Part shown: positions 53,187 through 63,980 of the stretch, one piece after another | How the letters are laid out: every line of letters begins with the position of its first letter | Numbering within the stretch: position 1 is the first letter of the stretch | Origin: Nitrospirota bacterium | GTDB taxonomy: Bacteria; Nitrospirota; UBA9217 | Assembly (NCBI GenBank): GCA_963737155.1 | Contig: CAVTRN010000002.1 | Span: 1,120,001 to 1,184,000 of the forward strand | Length of the DNA stretch: 64,000 nucleotides | Reading direction: 5' to 3' | The notes under the pieces: model-generated | The model's database searches: none | What the model was told of the DNA's origin: nothing | Seen by the model: only the letters and a program-made list of their open reading frames with translations | Program-made: the position numbers and the translations under genes

Positions 53187-54399
53187 TCTTCTCCATATCG
53201 ATATGAATGCTTTTTTTGCATCCGTGGAACAGAGGGCCAATCCCGTTCTTCGCGGGAAGGCCATGGCTGTTATCGGATCGGAGCACCGAGGCGTGGTTCT
53301 CTCCCCGTCTTACGAGGCGCGTGCTTTTGGCGTGAAGACCGGCATGACTTACGGAGAGGCGATGAGAGCGTGTCCAGACCTGCGGCTGGTTTCCGCCGAC
53401 CCTGCAAAATATTCTCATACTTGCGAGGAGCTTATCAGCATCTGGAGGGATTTTTCCCCCTTGGTCGAACTTTTTTCCATTGATGAGGCCTTTCTCGATG
53501 TGACGGGCTGCGAGCGGTTGTTCGGCGATCCTGTGCGTATGGCCATCAGGATAAAAGAGCGGGTCTGGAGTGAAAAGAAGCTGACCTGTTCCATCGGCAT
53601 CGCGCCGAACAAACTCTTGGCCAAACTCGGCAGTGATATGCAGAAACCAGACGGACTGGTACTTATAACCCCTAATGATGTTGATGAAGTTCTTGAAAAT
53701 CTGCCGGTGAGAGAGCTCTGCGGCATTGGCCCGAGCTTGGAGCGTAGTCTTGCGATCATGGGAATAAGGACCTGCGGCGAACTTGGCCGCACTCCCCTTG
53801 AAAAGATGACCGCGCGATTCGGCGTTATCGGCGAGAGGCTCCGCGATATGGGACGGGGGATTGACAACGACCCGGTTGCTCCATTGGAAGCAGAATACGA
53901 AGAGCATGCTAAGTCCATCGGACACAGCATGACATTAACAGAGGATTGCACCGATATAGCCCTCATTGAGCGGCATATTCTTCAGCTTGCGGAAAAGGTG
54001 GGACGTAGGCTCAGGCGTGGTTCCTACCATGGTCGTACGGTTGGCCTCACACTCCGCTATGCCGATTTTCAAACCTTTTCCCGACAAAAAAAGCTTTTAC
54101 GTGCCGTGAATCATGGTCTTGATATTTACGCGGTCGCGAGGGAAATTCTTCGCGAGCTTAGGCTGACCCAGCCGGTCAGGCTTGTCGGCATAAGCGTATC
54201 AGGTCTTGATAAGTCTTTTTCGCAGATGCCGCTGTTCGATGGTGATGAGCGAAAGCGGATGTTCATCACGGGGGCAATGGACGAAATCAACGACCGGTAT
54301 GGCGACTTTACGGTTACCTGGGGTAGCCTTGCCGAGCGGTACTGCCATAAGCGTGTAATTTCGCCGGCATGGCGTCCGGGAGGTGATAGGAAGTATTGA
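53179..54399 (+). CDS. dinB: DNA polymerase IV (Y family)
   Basis: HIDMNAFFASVE, SYEARAFGVK, SIDEAFLD, KPDG, clamp motif QMPLF; GTG start after ggagg. Confidence 0.95.
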   Translation: MRSLLHIDMNAFFASVEQRANPVLRGKAMAVIGSEHRGVVLSPSYEARAFGVKTGMTYGEAMRACPDLRLVSADPAKYSHTCEELISIWRDFSPLVELFSIDEAFLDVTGCERLFGDPVRMAIRIKERVWSEKKLTCSIGIAPNKLLAKLGSDMQKPDGLVLITPNDVDEVLENLPVRELCGIGPSLERSLAIMGIRTCGELGRTPLEKMTARFGVIGERLRDMGRGIDNDPVAPLEAEYEEHAKSIGHSMTLTEDCTDIALIERHILQLAEKVGRRLRRGSYHGRTVGLTLRYADFQTFSRQKKLLRAVNHGLDIYAVAREILRELRLTQPVRLVGISVSGLDKSFSQMPLFDGDERKRMFITGAMDEINDRYGDFTVTWGSLAERYCHKRVISPAWRPGGDRKY

Positions 54400-54650
54400 T
54401 AACTTTTGATAATACATTTTTTTGAGTAAAATTGTTCTATATTATGGTATCTTGTTACCATCTTGCGCTTGTATCTTTTCTGGCCATATGTCCTTGCGCA
54501 AAAAGAGGAGATAATAGAGACAAAGGCTAAAGGATGTCTCCTTCTTTTAAATAACTTCATTGATAACTTCGATATCACGCCCTTCGTTCTTGAGAAGGAC
54601 CTTGGCTGCATTAAACCTATATCGGATAAAACGGTCTTTATGCTTCACGT

Positions 54651-54662
54651 GAACGTTTGATC
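54651..54662 (+). promoter_or_regulatory. Candidate LexA box upstream of lexA
   Basis: GAACGTTTGATC, one mismatch from GAAC-N4-GTTC, 18 bp before the TTG start. Confidence 0.55.
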
Positions 54663-54680
54663 GATCATGAGGTGAGAGAT

Positions 54681-55292
54681 TTGAAAAACAAAACAACGGA
54701 GCGTCAGCAGAATGTTTTTGAGTATATTAGGACGACACTCGCAGTGCGGGGAATTCCACCGAGCATGCGAGAAATCGGGGAAAAATTCGGTATTCGTTCT
54801 ACGAACGGGGTGGAAGGGCACCTCGTTGCCCTCGAGCGGGCCGGCCTTATCAAACGGGAGCGGGGAAAATCGCGGGGCATTTCCCTTCCGTCAGGCGAAC
54901 GGCCAGCCTCTGCCATACCCATTATCGGTAAAGTAGCTGCGGGAATGCCGGTACTGTCTCCTGAGAACTGGGAAGGCGAGGTCATGGTCGATTTGCCGCT
55001 CTTTTCGCTTCGGAGCAGCAACAATATTTTTGCCCTGAAGGTAAAGGGAGATAGCATGGTGAACGCTCATATTATGGACGGCGATACCCTCCTTGTCCGG
55101 GCCCAGTCTGTTGCTCAGAATGGAGATATTGTCGTGGTTCTTACCGACGGCGAGGCCACGGTTAAACGTTTCTATGCCGAAAAAAACCGCATACGACTGC
55201 AGCCAGAGAACGACGGAATGAAGCCGATCTATATTGATCGCGGCGAGTTCCGCATCCTGGGAAAGGGCGTGGGCGTGATTAGAAAAATATAG
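54681..55292 (+). CDS. lexA: SOS repressor LexA
   Basis: PPSMREIG wHTH, VAAG cleavage site, GDSM, TVKR; RBS gaggtg. Confidence 0.96.
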   Translation: MKNKTTERQQNVFEYIRTTLAVRGIPPSMREIGEKFGIRSTNGVEGHLVALERAGLIKRERGKSRGISLPSGERPASAIPIIGKVAAGMPVLSPENWEGEVMVDLPLFSLRSSNNIFALKVKGDSMVNAHIMDGDTLLVRAQSVAQNGDIVVVLTDGEATVKRFYAEKNRIRLQPENDGMKPIYIDRGEFRILGKGVGVIRKI

Positions 55293-55305
55293 GGAGCGAT
55301 CTTCC

Positions 55306-55530
55306 ATGAATAAAAACCTGTTGCCCATCGTGCTCATTTTCACTATCCTTGCAGTTCTTTTTTATATTTCATCGCGACAAAAAGTACCCCTGATTCCTGC
55401 CGATTCACTGCATAAAAATATCATAAACAACGCAGTCTGCGCTGATTGTCATAGCCCCGGGAAAAAGGCGCCCTTGAAGGAGAATCATCCGCCCAAGGAG
55501 CAGTGTCTTGTCTGTCACAAGTACAGATAG
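55306..55530 (+). CDS. Small membrane-anchored diheme c-type cytochrome
   Basis: N-terminal TM, CADCH and CLVCH, extra His residues as candidate distal ligands. Confidence 0.8.
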   Translation: MNKNLLPIVLIFTILAVLFYISSRQKVPLIPADSLHKNIINNAVCADCHSPGKKAPLKENHPPKEQCLVCHKYR

Positions 55531-56175
55531 ATACAAACTATAGAGCGATTGTTGAAGAAATTTTGGTCGCATCCCGTTCATTATTCCGAGCACATCGAAG
55601 AACGCCGTTTTTCCAGACGGTTGCAAGACTGTCGCTTTGCTCAGGTATGATGAAAAAAAGGTGTATCAACAAGCATCAAAAACCCGTCTCTTCAGGGCGG
55701 GAATTTAAGATGCTCCCGCATACAAAGAAAAATCATTTGCAATCCTACAGCGTCGTGATGTGCAACGGCTCAGTTAGACCAGCTTCTTATTCTAAATGGG
55801 GTCTTCAGAAAGAAGCCGAAGTATCATGTGGTGCTGCGCATTATGTATGGTAGTTCCACAAACATGGATTTGTTCGATTGCTTCTGGCAACGGAGGTTCC
55901 AACCGCGATCAAGCAAATAGCCTGTGGTGTATATAGGCGATTGTTTCCGGCCATAGTCCATCCCTTCCGGATCTTATCGAAATCAGTTCTTCTCCTATCC
56001 GTATTGTAAAGTAAAATTGTAGCATTACTTAATCTATAAACTGTAACTTACCATAACATATTAAATTTATTACGATTATTCATTGACAAGAGGAGCGCGA
56101 CCGATTAGTATTCCGGAAGAGTTGAAATATCCTGGGTGCTTTTTTTAACGATTCTTCAGCTTGGAGGGATTGGCT

Positions 56176-56754
56176 ATGGAAGGCTATCGGTATCAACAAT
56201 TCGCATATCTTGTTATCCCCTTCGCAGCAGGTATTGAACTGTTTCTTACCGCCAAGTGTGAACGGAATAAACCGAAGAAAGAATGCGCCATGGCCGTTCT
56301 CATGGATGCTATGGGATATGTATTTGTCGGCCTGATACCGGCGGTGTTCGTATTCACGATTTTCAGTCTCGAAAATCATTATTTATCGCAAATAGCTCAA
56401 GTTCTCCACCGCCTCGACCGGTATGGTGTCATGTTTTTCTTTCTCGGATCTTGGTGGCAGGTATTTCTCATTACCTCCCTCCGGGCTCGCCGGACGGCGG
56501 GTAATGGAAAAAAAATGTTTGCCAGCGTATGGATGCCATATCTTGTTTATGGTGCTTTTATATCTGCATTGATTCTCTGGGTCGCTCCTTGGAACCTCAT
56601 GTGGGTGTCGTTTCTGTGGTTTGTCGGAACGTTCGGACTTTTTTCGGTTATCGGTGTTTCCCCCGCCAAGCTTTCTAAAATATTTTTCGTCCTCTTCCTA
56701 TCTGTGCTTGTCTGCGAAAATATCTTCTTTATAGTCCTCGATGCAATCGTCTAA
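56176..56754 (+). CDS. Hypothetical polytopic membrane protein
   Basis: About 6 hydrophobic segments; RBS ggaggg. Confidence 0.75.
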   Translation: MEGYRYQQFAYLVIPFAAGIELFLTAKCERNKPKKECAMAVLMDAMGYVFVGLIPAVFVFTIFSLENHYLSQIAQVLHRLDRYGVMFFFLGSWWQVFLITSLRARRTAGNGKKMFASVWMPYLVYGAFISALILWVAPWNLMWVSFLWFVGTFGLFSVIGVSPAKLSKIFFVLFLSVLVCENIFFIVLDAIV

Positions 56755-56899
56755 AATCAGCTCGAAGGGCATTATCTAGTCTCTTGTGAGGCCTGGCCAG
56801 CGGACTGTGGTATAATGGACCGCAATGTGGGGAAACTGTTTCTGCATGTTCTCTCGGTTGGTTCAAGCAGGGGCATAGAAAACGTTTGGAGTTTAATAC

Positions 56900-57595
56900 A
56901 TGAATGGCAAAATATTAAATCAAGTCGAAATGAGACAAGCCGCCGTTGCCGCTCTCGAAGGAAACGATTTTGAGACCGTGATTACGCTTGCACGCCAGAA
57001 TAGAAAACTGCTCAGTGTTCTCGTGCGGCTTGCTTACGATAAGGAAACGATTGTCGGACGGCGGGCGATCCTTGCTATCGGACAAGTGGCAATGCTCTAT
57101 ATAACAAGCAATTATGAGTTTCTACGCGAGACAGTCCGGAAACTCCTGTGGTCTCTATCCGATGAATCCGGGGGCATCGGCTGGTCTGCCCCTGAGATGC
57201 TCGGAGAAATTGTGAGAGCTGATCCAAAGAAAATGGCTGATGTCGTGCCTCTTATCGCTGATATTTTTTCAATCGAAGAGAAAGTCTTCAGACCTGGTGT
57301 TCTATATGCTCTTAAGAGGATCGCCGAGAGTCAGCCCGAAGCTGTGCTTCCTTTTCATGGCTTAATCATCATCGGTTTAGCCGAAAACGACCCATTGTGC
57401 AGGATTTATTCACTTGAACTGGCAATGTTGCTTAGAGAGGCGATCGATCCTAATCACCGGGAAGAATTACTAACTGAAATAAAAAAACTCCTCTATGATC
57501 ATGCAGAAGCGTTGCTCTACAAAGATGGAGGATTTATCGGAGTAGAGGTTGGGGATGTAGCTGATAAGGTATATAAACATTATTCTAGGCAGTAG
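56900..57595 (+). CDS. HEAT-like protein (DVU0298-like)
   Basis: RKLLWSLSDESGGIGWSAPEMLGEI signature. Confidence 0.8.
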   Translation: MNGKILNQVEMRQAAVAALEGNDFETVITLARQNRKLLSVLVRLAYDKETIVGRRAILAIGQVAMLYITSNYEFLRETVRKLLWSLSDESGGIGWSAPEMLGEIVRADPKKMADVVPLIADIFSIEEKVFRPGVLYALKRIAESQPEAVLPFHGLIIIGLAENDPLCRIYSLELAMLLREAIDPNHREELLTEIKKLLYDHAEALLYKDGGFIGVEVGDVADKVYKHYSRQ

Positions 57596-57855
57596 ATATT
57601 TTAAAAGTGGGATAAAAATATAAAATAATGCTTAAAATAATTAATTGAGTGGGTTATATGAGTAGTTTTTAGCGCAATAGCATGAGTTTGTATATTTATA
57701 TTATTTGATACATAATGATATAAGTATATAATATTAATAAATTATATGCCAAAAAAATAATTTAAATATATTAATTTGTAGCCTTAGGGTTAATTAAAAT
57801 TATAAGGCATTGATTTAAATGAAGTAAAGTTCATTCATTTTTTTATGTTCATTTG

Positions 57856-57884
57856 TTGACAATGCATCGCTCATATTATATAAT
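57856..57884 (+). promoter_or_regulatory. Consensus sigma70 promoter of dnaJ-hspR-clpB
   Basis: TTGACA-17 bp-TATAAT preceded by a very AT-rich tract. Confidence 0.85.
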
Positions 57885-57917
57885 ATTGTTATTATAATAT
57901 ATGAGGAATAGGAATAT

Positions 57918-59054
57918 ATGAGCGCCACAACAAAAAGAGATTATTACGATATTCTTGGGATCAGCAAGAATGCATCAGAGGCTGATATTAAGAAAGCCTT
58001 CAGAAAGCTTGCCAGAAAGTTTCACCCTGATGTCAATCCAGGAGATAAAACCTCGGAGCCGAAATTCAAGGAAATAAACGAGGCCTACGAGATTCTTTCT
58101 GATACCAAGAAGCGACAGCAGTATGATCAATTCGGGCATGCTGCTTTCGATCCAACGTTTGGCCAAGGCCAAGGGACAAGTTCAGGACAGGGATTTGAAG
58201 GCTCTGCTCGCAACACCGGTTATTCCGGCATTCACGGCTTTGAAGATATTTTCGGCAACCTGTTCGGGGGACGCGTCCGGTCGCAAGGTCCGGAGAAGGG
58301 TGAGGACATAACCTATACAGTTGAGGTAGACCTTGAGGACGCGATTTTTGGCAAGACGATGCAAGTCGATCTGAAACGTGAGGTGACTTGCCCCTATTGT
58401 AACGGCTCAGGATCTCAGCCAGGTACGTCGCCAATCACTTGCCCTGCCTGCAGGGGCTCCGGCAGCGTTGCACAGGGAAAGGGTTTCATGCAGACCGTTC
58501 AGCCATGCCCTACCTGTCATGGAACCGGCACAGTCAATCCAAATCCTTGCAGCAATTGCCGTGGCCGTGGCGTTGTTGAAAAGTCAGAACGCATTAATGT
58601 AAAAATTCCGCCGGGAGTGGATAACGGCTCCAAGGTGCGGATGTCGGGACTTGGCGGACGCGGCGAAAGAGGAGGGCCTCCCGGCGATGTATACATCATA
58701 ACGAAAGTGAGGCCCCATACTTACTTTGAACGAAAAGGTGACAACCTGTATTCTGAAGCTGTCGTTACCGTTAAAGAGGCCGCTCTGGGCGAGAAAATCG
58801 ATATCCCGACCGTCGATGGCATGGTGTCGCTATCTCTGCCGGAAGGCGTACAGACTGGACAGCAGCTAAAGTTGAGGAGCAAAGGCGTGCCCCATTTCGG
58901 CGGAGGTGGTGTAGGGGATCACTATGTATCGATCAAAGTTTTAACGCCGACAGGGCTACCCGAACGGGGGAAAGAGCTGTTGCGGGAACTGGATCGGCTG
59001 ATTCCTTCTAATCCTCGAAGCGGGATTACTTTCAGGGGATTTAGTAAGAGATAA
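57918..59054 (+). CDS. dnaJ: Chaperone DnaJ
   Basis: J domain HPD, G/F region, four CxxCxGxG repeats. Confidence 0.96.
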   Translation: MSATTKRDYYDILGISKNASEADIKKAFRKLARKFHPDVNPGDKTSEPKFKEINEAYEILSDTKKRQQYDQFGHAAFDPTFGQGQGTSSGQGFEGSARNTGYSGIHGFEDIFGNLFGGRVRSQGPEKGEDITYTVEVDLEDAIFGKTMQVDLKREVTCPYCNGSGSQPGTSPITCPACRGSGSVAQGKGFMQTVQPCPTCHGTGTVNPNPCSNCRGRGVVEKSERINVKIPPGVDNGSKVRMSGLGGRGERGGPPGDVYIITKVRPHTYFERKGDNLYSEAVVTVKEAALGEKIDIPTVDGMVSLSLPEGVQTGQQLKLRSKGVPHFGGGGVGDHYVSIKVLTPTGLPERGKELLRELDRLIPSNPRSGITFRGFSKR

Positions 59055-59155
59055 AAGCGGGATGCAAGATTTATGACTCGTATTCCAAACGATTTATATT
59101 TGTAACAGGGCAGCAGGTATTTCGAAGTATGTTTCATGCTAATCGAGGTCTCAAC

Positions 59156-59533
59156 ATGACAACACGCGAACAGAGGCTTTTCATGATCAGCGTTGTTTCC
59201 GAAATGCTCGGGATCCATCCGCAAACACTCAGGCTCTATGAGCGTGAAGGCTTCATCAAACCAAAGCGAAGCGTTGGAAACACGCGACTCTATTCAGAAG
59301 AAGACGTGGAAAAGCTCGAGATGATTCTGCGGCTTACAAGAGAACTCGGCGTCAATCTTGCCGGCGTAGAGGTCATTCTCTCAATGCGCGAAAAAATGGA
59401 ACAAATGCACCGTGAAATGAATGAAACCATTCAGCAGCTTCATGAGGAACTAGAACGAGAGATCAGGCGCAGGGAAGAGATGAGAAACGCTCTCGTGCCA
59501 CTAAGAAGGATTCGGATCACGAGGGGGGGATAA
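59156..59533 (+). CDS. hspR: MerR-family heat-shock repressor HspR
   Basis: ISVVSEMLGIHPQTLRLYEREG, TRELGVNLAGV. Confidence 0.9.
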   Translation: MTTREQRLFMISVVSEMLGIHPQTLRLYEREGFIKPKRSVGNTRLYSEEDVEKLEMILRLTRELGVNLAGVEVILSMREKMEQMHREMNETIQQLHEELEREIRRREEMRNALVPLRRIRITRGG

Positions 59534-59613
59534 CGCAGGAGAAATAATGCAGGAGACAGGATGAATGAAGCCTTACCCATCATGGCTCATGTATCATGCA
59601 ACGGGAGGTTATC

Positions 59614-62214
59614 ATGGCACGGTTCGACAAACTTACTCTGAAGGCATCGGAAGCGGTGCAGGCCGCTCAGGACCTGGCAGCCAAGCGTCATCATCAAAAT
59701 ATCGAGGTAGAGCATCTCTTGCTCGCATTACTGGTGCAGCCGGGCGGTGTTGTGTTGCCCTTGATAAAAAAACTCGGTGCCGACGTTGGCGGAATTATAA
59801 CTGATATAGAGCAAAGTCTGGATCGGTTGCCGAAAGTTGAGGGGCTTGTGCAAACCTACCTCTCCCCGAGGCTTGGCAAGCTTTTCGAACGTGCGGAACA
59901 AGAAGCGGAGCGTTTGAAGGATGAGTATGTAAGTACTGAGCATCTGCTCATTGCCGCTGCAGACGGAGACGGCGTAGCGCGCGATATACTTTCCCATCAT
60001 GGTGTTACGCGGGATGGTATATTCACGGTTCTTGTCGATATCCGGGGTTCCCAGCGTGTGACGGACCAGAACCCCGAGGATAAGTATCAAGCCTTGACGA
60101 AGTATGGCAGGGATCTGACTGAAATGGCTCGCAAGGGGAAGCTGGATCCCGTGATCGGGAGGGACGAGGAAATCCGGCGTGTCGTTCAGGTCCTGTCACG
60201 GCGCACCAAGAACAACCCTGTGCTCATCGGAGAGCCGGGCGTGGGCAAAACCGCGATAGCCGAAGGGCTTGCGCAACGGATTGTGAACGGAGATGTTCCT
60301 GAGGGTCTCAAGAACAAACGGGTCGTTGCCCTCGATATGGGCGCGCTCATAGCTGGCGCCAAATACCGGGGCGAGTTCGAGGACCGCCTGAAAGCAGTAT
60401 TGAAGGAGGTAACGGAGGCGAGCGGAGAGGTGATCCTGTTTATTGATGAACTCCACACGGTCGTCGGCGCAGGAGCGACCGAAGGCTCGATGGACGCATC
60501 AAACATGCTGAAACCAGCTCTAGCGCGCGGCGAACTCCGGTGCGTCGGTGCCACGACGTTGAAAGAATATCGCAAATATGTGGAGAAGGATCCTGCCTTG
60601 GAGCGGCGGTTCCAACCAGTGCTTGTACGGGAACCTTCTGTCGAAGATACTATATCGATTCTCCGCGGCCTCAAAGAACGATACGAGGTCCATCATGGCG
60701 TCAAGATCAAGGACTCAGCGCTGGTGAGTGCGGCGATTCTTTCGCACCGCTACATTGCGGACCGCTTCCTGCCGGACAAGGCCATTGACCTGATCGACGA
60801 AGCCGCGTCGAGACTGCGCATGGAAATCGACAGCATGCCAACAGAACTTGATGAGGTCGAACGAAGAATAAGGCAACTTGAGATAGAGCGCGAGGCGGTC
60901 AAAAAGGAACAGGACCCCGCGTCGCGTGAACGGCTCGCTAAGATTGAACAAGAGATCGCCGATCTTTCGGAAAAGAAGGGCAGCCTTCGCACCCAGTGGC
61001 AGTCCGAGAAGGAGGGTATCCAGAAGATCAGATCCATCAAAGAACAGACTGAGCAGTCCAGGATCGAGGCCGACAAGGCCGAGCGGGAAGGGAATCTGGG
61101 ACGTGCCGCAGAGCTTCGCTACGGCAGGCTTCTCGAACTGCAAAAGCAGCTTGATGAGGAGTCGGTCCGCCTCCGTTCGATCCAGTCCCAGTCACAGATA
61201 TTAAAGGAAGAAGTCGACGAGGAGGATGTTGCCGAGATAGTGTCCAAGTGGACCGGCATCCCGGTGAGCAGGATGTTGGAGGGCGAGATGCAGAAGCTGC
61301 TACATATGGAAGACCGGCTCAGACTGCGGGTTGTGGGACAGGATGAGGCCATCAGCGCGATTTCCGATGCCGTACGCAGAGCGCGGGCAGGTATCCAGGA
61401 TCCGAACCGGCCGATTGGCAGTTTTATCTTCATGGGGCCCACGGGCGTAGGCAAGACGGAACTTGCCCGGGCTCTCGCCGAGTTCCTTTTCGATGATGAA
61501 CAGGCTATGATTCGCATAGACATGTCGGAGTATCAGGAACGCCATACTGTGTCCAGGCTCATCGGTGCGCCTCCGGGCTACGTTGGATACGAGGAGGGTG
61601 GCCAGCTCACCGAGGCGGTGCGGAGGCGGCCCTACTCGGTGGTCCTCCTCGATGAGATTGAGAAGGCCCATCCCGAAGTGTTCAATGTGCTGCTCCAGCT
61701 GCTTGATGACGGTAGACTGACTGATGGCCAGGGACGGACGGTAGATTTCAAAAATACGGTAGTCATCATGACGTCTAATATCGGCAGCCAGTTCATTCAG
61801 GACCTTCAGAATGATGAAGAGGAGATGCGGCGTAGAGTTACCGAAAGCATGCGTCAGCACTTCCGGCCGGAGTTTTTGAACCGCGTCGACGACATGATCA
61901 TTTTCCATCCACTTGACTCGGAAGTTCTCAAGCGGATCATCGATATTCAGGTCGGGTTCGTACAGAAGCGGTTATCCGACAGGAAGATTGAAATCGAGTT
62001 GACGGAAAGTGCGAAAGAGCTGCTTGCGGAGGAGGGTTTCGATCTTGTCTATGGTGCGCGGCCGTTGAAGAGGGTCATCCAGCGGGATGTTCTGAACCCG
62101 CTTGCCGGGAAGATGCTCGCCGGCGAGATAAAGGAGGGTTCCCGAGTAATGGTCGATCGTGCCAATCGGCATCTTACGTTCCGGACAATCGATCAGACCG
62201 TCGAAGCTCGGTAA
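59614..62214 (+). CDS. clpB: ATP-dependent chaperone ClpB
   Basis: Two AAA+ domains ([16 protein letters not shown]) and a coiled-coil M domain; RBS ggagg before MARFD. Confidence 0.98.
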   Translation: MARFDKLTLKASEAVQAAQDLAAKRHHQNIEVEHLLLALLVQPGGVVLPLIKKLGADVGGIITDIEQSLDRLPKVEGLVQTYLSPRLGKLFERAEQEAERLKDEYVSTEHLLIAAADGDGVARDILSHHGVTRDGIFTVLVDIRGSQRVTDQNPEDKYQALTKYGRDLTEMARKGKLDPVIGRDEEIRRVVQVLSRRTKNNPVLIGEPGVGKTAIAEGLAQRIVNGDVPEGLKNKRVVALDMGALIAGAKYRGEFEDRLKAVLKEVTEASGEVILFIDELHTVVGAGATEGSMDASNMLKPALARGELRCVGATTLKEYRKYVEKDPALERRFQPVLVREPSVEDTISILRGLKERYEVHHGVKIKDSALVSAAILSHRYIADRFLPDKAIDLIDEAASRLRMEIDSMPTELDEVERRIRQLEIEREAVKKEQDPASRERLAKIEQEIADLSEKKGSLRTQWQSEKEGIQKIRSIKEQTEQSRIEADKAEREGNLGRAAELRYGRLLELQKQLDEESVRLRSIQSQSQILKEEVDEEDVAEIVSKWTGIPVSRMLEGEMQKLLHMEDRLRLRVVGQDEAISAISDAVRRARAGIQDPNRPIGSFIFMGPTGVGKTELARALAEFLFDDEQAMIRIDMSEYQERHTVSRLIGAPPGYVGYEEGGQLTEAVRRRPYSVVLLDEIEKAHPEVFNVLLQLLDDGRLTDGQGRTVDFKNTVVIMTSNIGSQFIQDLQNDEEEMRRRVTESMRQHFRPEFLNRVDDMIIFHPLDSEVLKRIIDIQVGFVQKRLSDRKIEIELTESAKELLAEEGFDLVYGARPLKRVIQRDVLNPLAGKMLAGEIKEGSRVMVDRANRHLTFRTIDQTVEAR

Positions 62215-62249
62215 CATCGGAAAGCGTTAAAAACTGATTAACTTTTTAT

Positions 62250-62393
62250 AAAACAGTCCTGAAATACCCAGCAGCTTGCTGCTGGGATGAAAAGGACATC
62301 CTGGCGAAGCCAGGATAAGTCTTCAGCTTCTTTGTTGTGCTTTTTTAAGGTTTCAAGTTCCGATGCCCCGCAGCTTGCTGCGGGGTAATTCAC
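62250..62393 (+). mobile_element. 144-bp non-autonomous IS200/IS605-type mini-element, copy 2
   Basis: Identical to 35847-35990; preceded by TTTAT, ends TCAC, no TSD. Confidence 0.9.
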
Positions 62394-62834
62394 TTATAAA
62401 CGCTTCATGAAGCTGAGCTCGGGGCAAGAAACAAGGGATTACATAATTACTGCTTGGAATTCGTGACACACTGGCAGGTTGCCGGATAAGCTCATCAAAT
62501 GCCTATCCGGAGCAATCATCATACTGGAAAAGATTTCGTTTCTGGTGCTGTTGCTCTTTATTTGCGTAATACACAATCTTGGGCGGCTGTCAGCATTTGC
62601 TTTGGTGAAGGGTTGAGATCTGTTTATTATTAATTTGTATAATATACTATTCTGACATGACGATAGTTTGTTTGAATATGAGAGAACAGCAAATATCCGT
62701 TTCCTGCGGTTTTCAATTCATAATACGTCGGCATCTGCAGCAGGACATAGGCGAATAATATTTATGGTTTAAAAAAGAAAAATGTGCTATAGTTTAAACG
62801 AGATAGTGACATTTATATCCTCTGTAGGTGGGGT

Positions 62835-63980
62835 ATGACCAAAACCAAAATGCCAACCGGGAAAAAGACGGGCAAGGCGGCTGTACACGATCGGGACTTT
62901 AAAGCCCTTTTCTATCGTAAACTCACCGAAACTCATCTTTTCTATGAAGTTGGAAGGATCATCGCTTCGGAGCTAGAACCCACCGAACTAATACAGAAAA
63001 TTATTATCACGATTGGAAAGACGGTTAATTTTGAGGATGCTTCCGTCTATGTGCTCAGAAAAGATCTATCCGGACTGGAACCACGCTATCTTCATAATCC
63101 TCTTCTGCAGTCAAGGATGACGGATGTCATCTTTTTCGACAATGGAGCACCAGGGGCGATCGCCGCAGGTGGCGAGCCGATTTTCCTTGATGACACCGCG
63201 TTGTTCGAAAGCTTCCTTCACCATCCCGACGAGCGCAAGGAACAGGGCAGCTACATCGGGATCCCTCTTAAGAACGAAAATCGGATCGTTGGCGTAATGG
63301 GTTTCAGCCACAGTAAGACCTCTGCGTTTCGGGTCGAAGATTTTGATCTCCTCCGGACGCTGTCCCACCTGATCTCCACCGGTCTGGATAAAGCCGAACT
63401 GTTCAAAAAAACGCTGGAACTTTCCCGTATCGACGAACTCACAGGACTGCTCAATTACCGGGTGCTTATTGAGAAGATCGAAGAGGAAATCCGCAGAAAG
63501 CTCCGCACCGGCAGGAAGTTTTCGTTTGTCATGATTGATATTGACGACTTCAAGCGCGTCAATGACCGCTACGGCCACCTTGAAGGGAGCAGGCTGATTG
63601 CCCAGATGGGACCGTTGCTCAAAGCGGCATGCAGGACCGGCAGCACCGATACCTGCTTCCGATATGGTGGAGAGGAGTTTTCCATTCTCCTGGCGGAGAC
63701 CGATATTGATGAAGCGCTTGCCGTTGCCGAACGTGTTCGGAAGTGCATTGAGGAATATCCCTTCACTCTAAAGGTGGCCCATCCCTATGAAAAAGTGACT
63801 GTCAGCCTCGGCGTTGCCACTATGGAAGAAGGCTGCATGAAGACCACCCCGGAACTGATTCATGAAGCCGACGTCGCGCTTTACCGCTCGAAAGCCATGG
63901 GGAAAAACAAGGTGACATGCTTCAGCGAATCATTCAGCATGCCGGGCATGAAGAACGAGGGTGATCCGGGGGCGGTTTAA
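62835..63980 (+). CDS. GAF-GGDEF diguanylate cyclase
   Basis: GAF domain, DELTGL, DIDDFK, RYGGEEF, ADVALYRSK. Confidence 0.95.
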   Translation: MTKTKMPTGKKTGKAAVHDRDFKALFYRKLTETHLFYEVGRIIASELEPTELIQKIIITIGKTVNFEDASVYVLRKDLSGLEPRYLHNPLLQSRMTDVIFFDNGAPGAIAAGGEPIFLDDTALFESFLHHPDERKEQGSYIGIPLKNENRIVGVMGFSHSKTSAFRVEDFDLLRTLSHLISTGLDKAELFKKTLELSRIDELTGLLNYRVLIEKIEEEIRRKLRTGRKFSFVMIDIDDFKRVNDRYGHLEGSRLIAQMGPLLKAACRTGSTDTCFRYGGEEFSILLAETDIDEALAVAERVRKCIEEYPFTLKVAHPYEKVTVSLGVATMEEGCMKTTPELIHEADVALYRSKAMGKNKVTCFSESFSMPGMKNEGDPGAV

